In this document: positions 13,301-26,679 of the stretch, one piece after another
Layout of the letters: each line of letters opens with the position of its first letter
How positions within the stretch are numbered: position 1 is the stretch's first letter
Source of the DNA: Eledone cirrhosa
Lineage: Eukaryota
NCBI GenBank assembly: GCA_964016885.1
Contig: OZ024742.1
Coordinates: 254,448,001 to 254,512,000, forward strand
Direction: 5' to 3'
DNA: 64,000 nucleotides
Position numbers and translations under genes: made by a program
Notes under the pieces: generated by a model
Database searches by the model: none
The model's input: only the letters and a program-made list of their open reading frames with translations
Told to the model about the DNA's origin: nothing

Positions 13301-14812
13301 TATTGGAGGTGGTAGAGGTATATTGGAGTTGTTAGAGGTGTATTGGAGGTGGTAGAGGTATATTGGAGGTGATAGAGGTTTATTGGAGGTGGTAGAGGTG
13401 TATTGGAGGTGGTAGAGGTGTATTGCAGGTGGTAGAGGTGTATTGGAGGTGGTAGAGGTGTATTGCAGGTGGTAGAGGTTTATTGGAGGTGGTAGAGGTG
13501 TATTGGAGGTGATAGAGGTTTATTGCAGGTGGTAGAGGTGTATTGGAGGTGGTAGAGGTGTATTGGAGGAGGTAGACGTGTATTGGAGGTGTAGAGATGT
13601 ATTAGAGGTGGTAGAGGTGTATTGCAGGTGGTAGAGGTGTATTGGAGGTGGTAGAGGTATATTAGAGGTGGTTGAGGTATATTGGAGGTGTAGAGATGTA
13701 TTCGAGGTTGTAGAAGTGTATTGGAGGTGGTAGAGGTGTATTGGAGGTGGTAGAGGTATATTGGAGGTGCTAGAGGTTTATTGGAGGTGGTAGAGGTATA
13801 TCGGAGGTGGTAGAGGTGTATTGGAGGTGATAGAGGTATATTAGAGGTGGTAGAGGTGTATTGCAGGTGGTAGAGGTGTATTGGAGGTGGTAGAGGTGTA
13901 TTGCAGGTGGTAGAGGTGTATTGGAGGTGGTAGAGGTGTATTGGAGTTGGTAGAGGTATATTGGAGGTGGTAGATGTGTATTGGAGGTGGTAGAGGTGTA
14001 TTGCAGGTGGTAGACGTGTATTGGAGGTGGTAGAGGTGTATTGGAGGTGGTAGAGGTATATTGGAGGTGGTAGAGATGTATTGGAGGTGATAGAGGTATA
14101 TTGGAGGTGGTAGAGGTGTATTGCAGGTGGTAGAGGTGTATTGGAGGTGGTAGAGGTGTATTGCAATGTGGTAGAGGTGTATTGGAGGTGGTAGAGGTGT
14201 ATTGGAGGTGGTAGAGGTGTATTGGATGTGTAGAGATGTATTGGAGGTGGAGGTGGTAGAGGTATATTGGAGATGGTGGAGGTGTATTGCAGGTGGTAGA
14301 GGTGTATTGGAGGTGGTGGAGGTGTATTGTAGGTGGTAGAGGTGTATTAGAGGTGGTAGAGGTGTACTGGAGGTGGTAGAGGTGTATTCGAGGTGATAGA
14401 GGTATATTGGAGGTGGTAGAGGTGTATTGCAGGTGGTAGAGGTGTATTGGAGGTGGTAGAGGTGTATAGGAGGTGGTAGAGGTGTATTGGAGGTGGTAGA
14501 TGTGTATTGGATCTGGTGGAGATGTATTGGAGGTAGTGGAACTGTATTTGAGGTGATAGAGCTGTATTGGAGATTGTGGAGGTGTATTGGTGGTGGTAGA
14601 TGTGTATTGGAGATGTAGAGATATATTGGAGGTGTAGAGATGTATTGGAGGTGGTAGAGGTGTATTGGACGTGGTAGAGGTGTATTAGATCTGGTGGAGA
14701 TGTATTGGAGGTAGTGAAGCTGTATTTGAGGTGATAGAGCTGTATTGGAAGTGGTAGAGGTGTATTGGAGGTGGTTATAGAGTTGTATTAAAGGTTGTAG
14801 CACTGTATTGGT
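10392..14812. repeat. 20-bp G-rich minisatellite, roughly 220 units
   Basis: Consensus TATTGGAGGTGGTAGAGGTG with 18-bp variants (TTGGAGGTGTAGAGATGTA) and degenerate ends. Confidence 0.98.
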
Positions 14813-15208
14813 GAAGATGAACATCCAATCAAAATTGCTCATTAATTATTTTATAATTATGATAGCTTTTGAAACATAACACAACAAAACGTTCTTATAT
14901 AAATTTACGTACATTGGAAGATTTTAATTTAAATACAAATCCTTTAACATGGCTGGTTTAGTTTCATAGAGCTGGAGGCATGCTTGTAATCAGTAGATGT
15001 AATGTTTCAGCTTTCCACAAAATTCTAAAATGTTAATTTATGAATATAACTAGATACATGAATCTCATAAAATGAAAGTTTTAAGTAAGATAATCCAAAT
15101 GTTATCTTATAAGAACTTACCCAGCTCGCTGAAGCATCAGCCACTTCTTTTTCATTGATATGAATTAAATAGAAACATGTTTTTTAATAATTTAATTTAG
15201 AAATGAAT

Positions 15209-15928
15209 TATATATGTTGGCATAGAAAGTGACCTTTTAACCTTAAAAATCTACCCCAAAATAAGGAGTCGCCTTACACTCCAGGTATGGTTTATAGTAA
15301 GCTGTTAACATGGGAGAATTTTGACAGTAGACTGACCTCTGCCTTGGTAACTATCGACACAAATATTTGCTACTGAAACAATTTAATTCAGACTATTATA
15401 ATAAAATGATATAAGTGTAGTGTAATAAAAGTACTCTTACATTATATAATATGTTGTATGATTGCACAACAATAATAAAATGCATATTTATCAAGAGAGA
15501 AATCCCAAACCATCATCATACACTGTAAACAAAACAGCTGCTAGCCTTGGATCATCATCAGAGTGCTCTGCCAGAGTGTTCAGGAAAAAATATGTCATAT
15601 CGGTAAGTGAACCAGGTAGATTATGGTAGGGTAGTGGTAAGTATAGATTGTGTTAGTTAATCGATAATGTCTCCCCACCGTTTTTCCATTAGAATTTGGG
15701 TAAAAAGAAAGTATATACTTTAAATGGAGAATCTTCAGTTTTATACATCATGTGATGTCCAACATGTTTTGTATTGAATTTATTAAATAAATTCAATACA
15801 ATGCATTTTAAAATATGATTGGTGGGGTCATCTTGTATGGCAAATATAGCTCAAAACCTACATTTTAACTTGAAAATGTTGGGGTCATCTTATATGCCCA
15901 GTCACATTGTATGCCAGCACATATAGTA
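15209..15928. mobile_element. Decayed Tc1/mariner-pogo (Tigger-like) MITE
   Basis: Imperfect TIRs TATATATGTTGGCATAGAAAGTGAC / GTCACATTGTATGCCAGCACATATAGTA and subterminal GGGGTCATCTT(G/A)TATG repeats. Confidence 0.55.
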
Positions 15929-16607
15929 TACCCAATGATAAATAAAGTTGGCATTATTAAAGCATTGATAGAGATACAAAAGTTAATCCAGATCTTTTAT
16001 TGTAGATGTGAAATGGCTATTTGAATAGTGTGGTAGATTATAACATCATAGGTGGCGATTTCACTTCCACAGAATGGTAGAGGGGTGTTTCTTTAGTTGT
16101 TTTTTTTTTCATGAGACATATGTTAAGGATAAACATGCCTAAGGAATACTTAACCACTGTCTCTTTAATATAAAGTAGCTGTTCTTCTAATTCAAAGGGC
16201 CACATTCTGTTATCCTGAATCTCCCTGAGAATTATATTATATGGTCATGCTTTCATGGAATGTTCAGCCACTTACATGTTGATGCCATGTACAACAGGAT
16301 GCACTATGAATGCAGCACTTTAAAAATTAAAATCTTTACTCTAATATTGCAAATTTTCACAGCAATCTCTTTGCTAGTAAAGATACTTTAAACATTTGAA
16401 TCAAGAAACCTGTTTTTAGATATTTCCTGTTAACTCAATAAAACATGTTAGGAGTTAATTTCAATTGCATACTGTTCCAATGATCAAACAATTGAAATGG
16501 TTGCTCATCATTAAAACAAACAGGAGGGTCATTCCCTTTATTTCATGTTCATCTTTTATCATTTTGCATCCATTTTCTAGCTGGCTTTTTTTCTTAATGC
16601 CAATCAC

Positions 16608-16895
16608 TTTATAGAGTGTACTGGGTGCATTTTATTGTGGCTCCAGCATTATCCATTTAAAGCGTATACTGGGTGCATTTTATTGTGGCATCAGCACTAT
16701 TACTTTATAAAGGATACTTGATGCATTTTATTGTTGAACCAGCACTACACTTTACAGAGTATAATGGATGCACTTGATTGTGGCATCAGCACTATTATTT
16801 TATAGAGTATACTTGGTGTATTTTATTGTCGAACTAGCACTGCCAGTTTATAGTGTATGGGGTGCCTTTTATTGTGGCAGCAATGCTGCTACTTT
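16608..16895. repeat. About 51-bp degenerate tandem repeat, about 6 units
   Basis: TTTATAGAGTGTACTGGGTGCATTTTATTGTGGCATCAGCACTA-like units. Confidence 0.8.
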
Positions 16896-18361
16896 ATCAT
16901 GGTCTAGTTGGTTAAACGAACTATGTTCAATTAAATAAACGTGATTTGTTCAAGACATTACCTTGCCCAGTAGCATTACTCAGTATTTTAGTGAACGTAG
17001 CAGATGAGCTGACTTCAAGAGATAGTGAAAGGCTAGGTCAGTTACTATCAGTTTATTTGAGATGTGTTGAGAAAGAAATGAATTATATTTTGCTTTCTTT
17101 TTCTCAGCAGTAATAATTTGCTGTCTTGAATATAATTTCGAAAACTGGTGGAAGGCACAGCATTGAACATCGCAAGATGAATATATAAATGAAGAATTCT
17201 CCATTTAAAGTGACACATGATTGTCATATAAGCCAAAGGAATTTATTTTATTTAGAGCCAACATTTTAGCTGCATGTAATATGAGTTGTTCATGTATAGG
17301 TTTCTGACTCCTGTTAATTATATATTGAATGAAGCATTTATAATTATCTAAAATCATTTACTGGTGTCATTCATTGGACTGCGGCCATGCTATGGGACCA
17401 CATTAAAGAGATTTAGTTGATAATACTCACCTTAGCCCATATAATCACAACAACAAGGATATGGTCCAAACGTGGAAGAGCCAATCTCCTACTATCATCG
17501 CCTCCATCTCTCTTGCCCTCCCCATCTCTATGTATGGTGTGTCATATTTATTACTAAATTAATTTTTCTCTAATTTATCAATTATTGTTAATTATAATTT
17601 TATGCAGATTTTTATAAAATCCATACAAATATTTTCAAGTCTGGTACATATTTTATCAATCTTTGTTATTTTGTTATTTTGTTGTTGAGTTGTTAAATTA
17701 CATGATTAAACACAGACATGAACACAACCATGTACACCCATATACACACACATACACCATAGGTTTTTGCAGTTTCTATCTACCAAATTACCCTCATAAC
17801 ATATTGTTCAGTTTGAACATATTGTAGGAGATCAAACCATTTGATTGTAAAGCAAACCCCTTAAACACACGGCTATACCTGCACCTCTAAGTCAGTATAA
17901 TAATTACACATGTCAAGCATAAGATAGACCTCTACTTCTAATCGAATCGTAGGGGTACAGTAATGACATGGTGTGTCTAGGGCATTTGAAACTTAGCAAT
18001 GCCCATCCTTCTCCATGAGAGCTCAGATGATTTTTTTCCTGAGCTTGTGAGAGTGTGAAAGTGATAAATTAAAAAAGAGAAATATAAGAATCAGCTCTCA
18101 TGCAAAACTCGAACTTTGTTTATCTACCTTGAAAAGGTGAAAGGCAAAGTTGACCTTGGCAGGATTTAAACACAGCGAGCAGAGAGCTGAAACAAAGCAT
18201 TCTATTCAATGTTTTAACAACTCTACCAATTCACCACATTTGTTACACATTACTGGAAAAATAATAATAATTGCTTGAGATATACATTATTACACCATCA
18301 TTAAAAATCTAAGAGGTTTTATGGCATGCTGCTTGAAATATAAGAGGAAATTATTAAACAG

Positions 18362-20659
18362 CTGCGAGGTGTTCAGGATTGCTAGACAATGTGTCAAGGA
18401 AAACCGTGATATTGTCGGGGAGAAGTGTGTCTGTAATGATAATGGTGTACTTGCCCTCACTGATACTGATAAGAAGATAGCCTAGAAGTGTCACTACGAG
18501 AGACTATTAAATGAGGAGAATAAGTGGGAAAAAGATAGTGTGCCCCAAATCGATCCAATAGGAGGACCAGCGGTGCAAGTTAAAGGTAGTATAATATGTA
18601 AGACAATCAAAGATATGAAGACAGGCAAGGCAGCTGGGCCTTCGGAGATAGTTGCTGAGATGTTGAAGGCATCTGGAATGGTGGAACATACTATGGTCAC
18701 CCGTATATTTAACCAAGTAATACAGAATGGGGTCATACCAAAAGACTGGTGTAGCAGCATCATCATTAACTGCTACAAGGGTAAAGGAGATGCTCTAGAT
18801 AGAGGAAACTATAGAGGCATTAAGTTATTTGACCAGGTCATGAAGGTCACAGAAAGAGTTATAGCGCAACTAATCAGAGAGCGAATTGATCTAGATGAAA
18901 TGCAGTTTGGGTTTGTGTCAGGTAAAAGTACCACAGACGCTCTTTTCCTTGTACGACAACTACAAGAGAAGTACCTAGCAAAAAGTAAACCCCTCTACTT
19001 AGCTATTGTAGACCTGGAAAAAGCCTTTGACAGAGTCCCCCGCTCCATTATCTGGTGGGCTCTTAGAAAACTAGGTGTAGATGAATGGCTTGTGAGAGCT
19101 ATACAAGCTATGTATAATGAAACAGTCAGTAAGGTTAGAATTAACAATGATTATTGTGAAGAATTTAGTGTAAAAGTTGGTGTTCACCAAGGCTCTGTCC
19201 TTAGCCCCCTCCTATTTATTATTGCCCTTCAGGCTATAACAGAGGATTTCAAGACCGGCTGCCCTCGTGAACTCCTATACGCAGATGATCTAACGCTCAT
19301 AGCTGAATAAATGGCTGAACTAGAGAAGAAATTCCAAACATGGAAGCATGGCCTAGAATCAAAAGGCCTTAAAGTTAAATTGTCTAAGACTAAAGTCCTA
19401 GTTTGTAGAAAGGAAAATAGGGCACAGGTACCCTCAGGAAAAATGGCCTTGCTCAGTGTGTAGGAAAGGAATAGGCAGAAATTCAATTTTATGTCCCAAA
19501 TGCAAAGTATGGATACATAAAAGATGTAGTGGGATCACAGGTAAACTATCTAAGAACGTAGACTTTATATGTGGCCGATGCTCAGGTGCAATAGGTAGCA
19601 AGTGTCCACAGGATACTAGCCCCTTCTATTACTCAGATGGTTCTATAGAAATAGTAGACACTTTCCGTTACCTGGGTGACAAAATCAGCAGTGGCGGAGG
19701 GTGTTCTGAAAGTACAGTAGCCAGAGTCAGAATGGGATGGAAGAAGTTCAGAGAGCTTATACCACTATTGGCCACAAAAGGTTTCTCTCTAAAAATGAAA
19801 GGCAGATTGTATGATGCCTGTATATGAACAGCAATGTTACATGGCAGTGAGACATCGGCATTGCATGCAGAGGACATGCGTAGACTGGAAAGGAACGAAG
19901 CATGCAGGCTCCGTTGGATGTGTAATAGTAATATACGTGAACAGCAAAGCATAAATGAACTAAGTGAGAAATTAAGAATAAGAGGGATCAGATGCTGTTT
20001 ACTCGAGAGAAGACTACGTTGGTATGGTCACGTGATGCGCATGAAAGATGACAGCTGTATAAAAAAGTGCAGGGCGATCAAAATTGATGGTAGTTACAGA
20101 GTAGGCGAACCCAGAAAATCCTGGGATGATCTGATAAATTCCGACCTTACACACTTGCACCTCTCTAAGACAATGTCACTGGACCAAGATCTTTGGCGCT
20201 ACACAGTAATACAGAAGACCCGCCTTGCCTATGTACAAAGCGAAACCTACAGTCAGTAGGCACCTCTTAACCAAATATACACCCCAATCCACTACCCCTA
20301 CCCTATCCTCCCACTCCCACCAACACCACCCTCTCTCTATAAAGTTGGTACCACAACATCCAGTCCAAATAAATGAGATAAATGAGATCGAGATCGAGAT
20401 CGTGTAGGTGTCACGAGAAAAAAACACACAGTCTACGCGGTAATGTGGCCATGTAGGTAACACAATAAAAAGTTCCCAGTTCCACACTGTAAATGTGGTT
20501 GGTGTTAGGAAGGGCATCCAGCCATAGAAAACCTGCCAGATAGTCCTATATGAGCGAGACATGGTCACCTGACCAACCTTGCCTCAAGTGGGACAACTCC
20601 CGTCTAACCCATGCTAGCGTGGAAAATGGACATTAAACGAAGATGATGCTGATGATGAT
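18362..20659 (+). mobile_element. RTE LINE, family A-related, 5'-truncated pseudocopy
   Basis: ORFs 18540-19310 (RT: DLEKAFDRVP, GVHQGSVLSPLLF, YADD), 19456-19827 (PHD-like Cys cluster) and 19834-20259, with stops and a frameshift. 3' UTR and (GAT) tail present. Confidence 0.96.
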
Positions 20660-20678
20660 ATATATATGTATATATATT

Positions 20679-20709
<31 letters not shown>

Positions 20710-21808
20710 GAGAGTGCATCAGTTTACTATACTTACATATGTGTATGCATAAGAGTGAATTAGTTTACTATATATATATGTGTATATATATAAGAGCGTA
20801 TAAGTTTACTATATATATGTGTGTATGTAATAGAGCATTTTAGTATATTGTATATATTTGTATGAATAAGAGTGTATCAGTTTACTATATATAAATTCAT
20901 TATGAAAGCACTGTGCGTGTAATATATAACAATTCAAATTTGACTTGTAATCAAGCAATACTGTTGAGAAGGAGTAACATTCAGTAGCAAATGATTCTTT
21001 AAATTCTGGAGTAAACAAACTTTGTTGATGTTTTGTGTTTTTTAATTTCACAATGTCTATTTGAAGAGGAATTAACAGATGTTGCTGCCAACAATGTGAC
21101 ACAAACAAAACCAAAGATATTGACTTTAGTGATGCAAATGTCTGAATAATAGTTTCTAATTTAGGCAAAAGACCAGCATAAAAAAGAGGAGGGATGGAGA
21201 AAGTCAATTAAATCAACCCCAGTAATTGGCTGGCATTTCATTTTATCAACAATCAAAGAATGAAAGGCAAAGTTGTCATTTGCAGGATTTGAACTCATAA
21301 GCCAAAACAATTATCGTTAGCATGCTGGAACATAAGTAAACAAGATGCAGGAGTACACTCTGTCTGAGAGGGTTCAATGATACAATACATCTGATTCACA
21401 CAGAAGAGTATGGATATGTATGCAAGTGAGATGTTGGCCTCCAGTTCTTCTGAGATATTAACAGCTTTGAATAAGTAATAACTTGGTCTGTGAAGATCTG
21501 GCCAAACCTTGCTAGCCGAGAAAACAAATGTTAAATTATAACAAAGATGATATTTACGATGATGATGATGATGATGATGATGATGAGGAAGTGTGTATGT
21601 ATGTGTGCATGTATGCATATGTGTGTGTGTGTGTGCATGTGTTTATGTGTCTGGATCATCTTATTTGGTGTGTTCTATGCATAAACAAGAGCTTGGCTGC
21701 AAGAGCTAACCATGAAATTATAAGAAGCAGGAAATATCAGTCTTAAAAGTAGCTGTGAAAAGACCAAAATGATGTAGATAAATGTCACACTTACTTTTTA
21801 TTTAACAG

Positions 21809-21899
21809 CAGTTTGTGAATGATGTAGAGAATTTCCGTTTTTTTACCAGAGTGACCAGTAGTACTAGAGGCTTCAAAAATGATGTAAATTATAGAATTG
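21809..21899 (+). CDS. Possible isolated host exon, unknown gene
   Basis: CTTAC branch-like motif, pyrimidine tract, AG acceptor, open frame QFVNDVENFRFFTRVTSSTRGFKNDVNYRI, then G|GTAAGG donor. No homology recognised. Confidence 0.25.
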
Positions 21900-22825
21900 G
21901 TAAGGCAAGAACCATATTGCAGCATAGGCACAAAATTTGGACAACATGAACTATAATGCAAAATCAATAGTTTTACCAACAGTTCTGTAAGTCAATGGAA
22001 CATGGAAAATGACAGTCAATGTGACAAAGAAGTTGGACACTTTCTACCAATGCTGCCAATGGAAAATCCTCAAGTCACTCGGGAAGATAAAGACAAAAAT
22101 GAGGATATTTATTTGTGAAGTGCATTGTGTTAGTTTCTCATAGCAGGGCATATTTTGGCCCTGCAAGCTACTCAGCACTCAATTACCGCAATCTCACAGA
22201 CAACAGAGAAGAGAACACTGAGGAGGTGCCTCAAAACAACTGGTAATAAACATTCTAGCAAGAGCTCAGGCATGCATCAACCAGTGTGATAGGTGTTGAT
22301 AGAACTGCAACGGATCAACCAAGCTGGCAGACACTTGCTGTCTTTTCTGTCTTAAAGCACATAAAGATATACACCTAAGAATATATCAACTTTTTGCATA
22401 AATTCTACAACAGGCTGCCTTTACTACCACCACTCAACTTATAGGATGTATTGGGTACATTTCTCATGGCCCCAACACTAAGAAGGTTTCAGCCATTGGC
22501 TCAATCTTTAATTAGTCATGTATATATTGGGAATAAATCACTCTTGTTAAACGAAAAAGCTTAAAGAATTATATCGGAAGAGAAAAATTGAATTATGAAC
22601 AAAGTTAAGGGAATAAGCAGTAAATTTTGTTTCTATGTGTAGTAGTAGTAGTGTTGAGAGGGAAATGGGGAAATATAACAGTAGCATCCCCCCACTAGCT
22701 CAAATAAGGACCAGAATATGGCAATGTTTGAATCAAGGAATCCAGTCTCATAGCTAAACACAAACAACACAAAACCAAAAATCCACTAGAATTAAACTTA
22801 GTAAAATTTATCAAAAGATAATTAA

Positions 22826-22827
<2 letters not shown>

Positions 22828-22912
<85 letters not shown>
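22828..22912. repeat. (CT)n microsatellite
   Basis: Directly visible. Confidence 0.98.
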
Positions 22913-22915
<3 letters not shown>

Positions 22916-23435
22916 TCTATCTATCTATTTATCTCTCTCTGAAAGACATAACAAGAAAACTGAAAATGGAGATCTACTTTTGAGTTCCATCATGAAATCT
23001 TCAATATGCACTAGGAATACAGCTGTTTAGAAACTAATGAGAAACCAAGTTTCAAGCCAATCTTGACTAACGATTTATTTTCTGTTAAACTCTGAAGAAG
23101 TAGACAAGTGTTTGTTTCTATGCAAGCCTTAGTAATGACTGGGGAATTTGTAACTGCCAATCTATAAATATATTGCACTATAAATTGTGTCAGACTTTAG
23201 TTTTGTATACATTTCCAAGGATTGGACTGGTCATCAGTAATTTGACACAACAAAAGACATCTCTCTACCCTTTGTTTGGCAAGTTTTCTGTGGTTGGCTG
23301 CTCCTCCTATCACAACCATTTTACAAAGAGTAGTACAAACATTTTATAGTGACAGCAAAACTGGGAAGTTGTTCTGATTCTGACACAACTAAAACATATG
23401 GCTTGAAGCACTTCCTAATGTCAACCACTGTACAT

Positions 23436-23471
<36 letters not shown>

Positions 23472-23809
23472 TTACAAAAACCACCCAGTACACACTGTAA
23501 ATGGGGTTGGTGTTAGGAAGGGCATCCAGCTATAGAAAGGAAGCCAAAATCAGTTCTGTGTGAGTGAATCACATTCTCCCAACCAGATCCCTCACATGCG
23601 ATAGCCTGCCCTACCTATGCAGCCTGGAAGATGGTCGATAAACAATGATGATGATGATGATATATATATATATATATATATAACGAAGGAGTTGTGGTAA
23701 GGAATCAGATGGACCAGATGTGTCCAGAAATAGCCGTCGAAACAGCTTGAGCTCTGCTGTCGGGGTCATACATTTTCCTATTTATATATATATATATATA
23801 TATATCAGC

Positions 23810-23966
23810 ATCATCATCATCATCATTTTACGTCCACTTTTCCCTGCTTGCAAGGGTGGGACGGGAACTGATTCTGGCTTGATTTCTACAGCTGGATGCC
23901 CTTCCTAACACCAACCTCATTTACAGTGAGTGCTGGGTGCTTTTTGCCGTGGCACCTACATGACCA
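23810..23966 (-). mobile_element. CORE-SINE (family 2) 3' part
   Basis: Matches 32115-32280. Confidence 0.8.
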
Positions 23967-24080
23967 CTATATATATATATATAACAAAGGAGTTGTGGTA
24001 AGGAATCAGATGGACCAGATGTGTCCAGAAATAGCCGCCGAAACAGCTTGAGCTTGGCGTCGGAGTCATACATTTTCCTA

Positions 24081-24156
<76 letters not shown>

Positions 24157-24192
24157 TATACAAAAACATGCACAGGTATATATATATATATA

Positions 24193-26205
24193 CACCCACA
24201 CTAGCAGCAGCGGAAGTGCTGATGGTCTCCGACCAGGCCATCCCAAGGAGTTGCTATCTCCCCTCTCCGCTGAGGCCGGGCGCCGCCTTCTGAGTGCAAT
24301 TGTGGCGCTCACTAATAGGCTCATCCATGGTGCCCTGGACCCTCACACCTGAGGCCTCTCTTTTTGGGGCTATCTTCACTGCTCTCAATGTCTTCCAGAG
24401 GCTGGCAATGTCTGTGGGCAATGTCTTCCAGAGGCAGACCGCCAAGGTGGACTGCAGGTTCATAACACCCGAACTGGGTGAGGAGTTCAGTCTGGTGCAA
24501 CTGGGTGTCGGCATGTCCGGTGGCTGTGAGGGAGCCGCACATGCAACACGGCAGTTCTTCAGGAGCTGCCCACCAGAACCGGCATCCAATGAGTCCAGGC
24601 ACCTCATTGTCAAGCTTGACATGAGGAATGCCTTTAACTGTTTATGCCGGGACCATGTGCTCGATGTCTGCCTCAGCCGAGCCCCCTCTGCCTACCCACT
24701 TGCCTACTTGTCGTATGGAGCTGAGCATGCTCCTTGCTGCTGATATGGTCATACCTTTGGCCACTGGGGTCCAACAGGGCGACACTTTGGGACGCCTCTT
24801 GATTTCCCTTGGTATAGACCACATTGCCAGGAGTATCATAGCTCCTCTCAACACTTGGTACGTGGATGATGCTACACTGGGCTGGCCCATGGAGACTGTC
24901 TGCCATGACCTACAATTGGTGGTTCCTGCTCTGGTGGGAATCGGCCTCGAGATCAACTCAGCCAAGTCGGAGGTGGTGAATGTCAACCACGTTGCTGAGA
25001 GCTTTGCAGCCTCCGTCTCGGACGTGCGGTCCATTCTTCTCCAGGTACAGGTGACCACTAAATAGGATGTCCTCATCCTCGGGTCACTGATCCACCGCCG
25101 GCCATCCGCTCCACCATCAGGTCCAGGCTGCAACAATTCCAGACTCTCACGAGCCGACTGGGCTTGATTGAAGGCCATCCAGCTCTCTTTCTGTTGACGA
25201 ACTGCTTCGCTATGCCGCAGCTCCTCTATACCCTTTGCAGTGCTCCATGCTACCCCCACGCATATCTCCTCGCTGAACTCGATACTTGTATCCGAGAAGC
25301 AGCCGAGGAGGTATGCAACGTCAAGTTTGACGACATTGGATGGCAACAAGCCACTTTACCTGTCAGGTATGGTGGCCTTGGCCTCCGGTCCCCAATCTCA
25401 CAGGCTTTGCCGGCGTATCTTTCGTCGGTAACTTCATGCCGCGTCCTCATCAGCAGGGTTCTTCTAAACACAATAGAACCCTCTGTGTTCAGAGAAGGTG
25501 AGGCCGCCTGTGAGACGTGGGGCAGGCTGGGACTTAGCCCAGAAGATATCCCTCCTCCTTCTCTCCTTGCTGACGTCAAGTCCCCCCCAAAGCACTTGGG
25601 ATGCCATCCAGTGCACACCAATGTCACTGCAGATCCGCCGTGGACCCTTTCGGCCTCCACCCGCTTTCCTGTTACCACAGTGCTGACCGCCTTCCACGCC
25701 ATGCTGCCCTTAACGAGGTCATAAAGCATGGCTTGGACGCTGCAGGGCTTCCCTTCCCAGGTTGAGCCAGTGGGGTTGGACAGAGAGGACGGCAAAAGGC
25801 CAGATGGCATGACCATCTTCCCATTCCGTGGTAGCAAACCTCTCATCTGGGATGCCACTTGCACCGACACTTTCTGCAGCCGCAACCTGGTGCTGTCTGT
25901 GACTAACCCAGGTTCTGCTGCACGTCGGACTGAGGGGGTCAATCCCCTCAAATACCGGTCGCTCTCCGACAGGTTTGCAGTTGTACCGGTGGCAGTGGAG
26001 ACTTCTGGTATCCACGGCCCTAGGGCTACCTCCCTACTCACCACCATAGGCGCTGAGCTGGCTAGCCACAGGTATGAGCCGCGCGAGTCGGAGTGACTTT
26101 TCCAGCGCATCTCCCTTGCCGTCCTCCGGGGAAACGCCTTCTCCATTCTGTCCGCCGGGGTGGAGGGAGGCCCCATCTCGTATCATTCCACTGAATCAAG
26201 TCTTT
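24193..26205 (+). mobile_element. CRE-clade non-LTR retrotransposon pseudocopy (RT, CCHC finger, restriction-like endonuclease)
   Basis: Frameshifted motifs VKLDMRNAFN, GVQQGD, WYVDD, QQATLPVRYGGLGLR, CHC...HPLSC...RHAALN, EPVGLDREDGKRPDG...WDATC and FQRISLAVLRGNA. Visibly GC-rich. Confidence 0.88.
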
Positions 26206-26290
26206 AAAGTTATATATTTAGTGTTTTGGCTATTTAACATAGATATATAGGTGTATATATGTGTGTGTGCGGGTGTTGTGTATGCATACA

Positions 26291-26644
26291 TACATCATCA
26301 TCATCATCCTTTTTGTATCCTTTTTCCACGCTCACTTGGGTTGGATGGTTCCTTTCTAGCACAGCATCTCACCACTTGACATGTTCTTTTGTGTTCTCCT
26401 CTGTGATTCTCAGTCATTTGAGGTCAGCTCACATCAGCTCCCCCCAGGTATTTCTTTGCCTATCTCTACAGCAGTTTCATTCTACAAGGATTTCTTGGCA
26501 TTTATTCACCCAGTGATTATCATCCAGGTGCATCACACGCCATACCAATGCAGTCTTCTCTCTTGCACACCACTTCAGATTTCTCTTAAACCCAGTTTCT
26601 CCCCCAAATCATCCAAGCCCTGCCTTTCTCTCACATTTACATTG

Positions 26645-26645
<1 letters not shown>
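26291..26645 (-). mobile_element. Old RTE 3' fragment
   Basis: Minus strand reads VQERRLHWYG... and ends in a (GAT)n tail. Confidence 0.7.

Positions 26646-26677
<32 letters not shown>

Positions 26678-26679
<2 letters not shown>

Noticed and set aside
10392-14812. Telomeric array
   Set aside because: The unit is a 20-mer without TTAGGG.
7202-14842. Long ORFs of poly-His/Asp/Met/Glu/Lys or repeating HLYHLQYTSTT
   Set aside because: Translations of micro- and minisatellites, open in several frames.
23700-23752. Hammerhead-like GATGG...CCGTC-GAAACAGC
   Set aside because: No CUGAnGA and no stem I.
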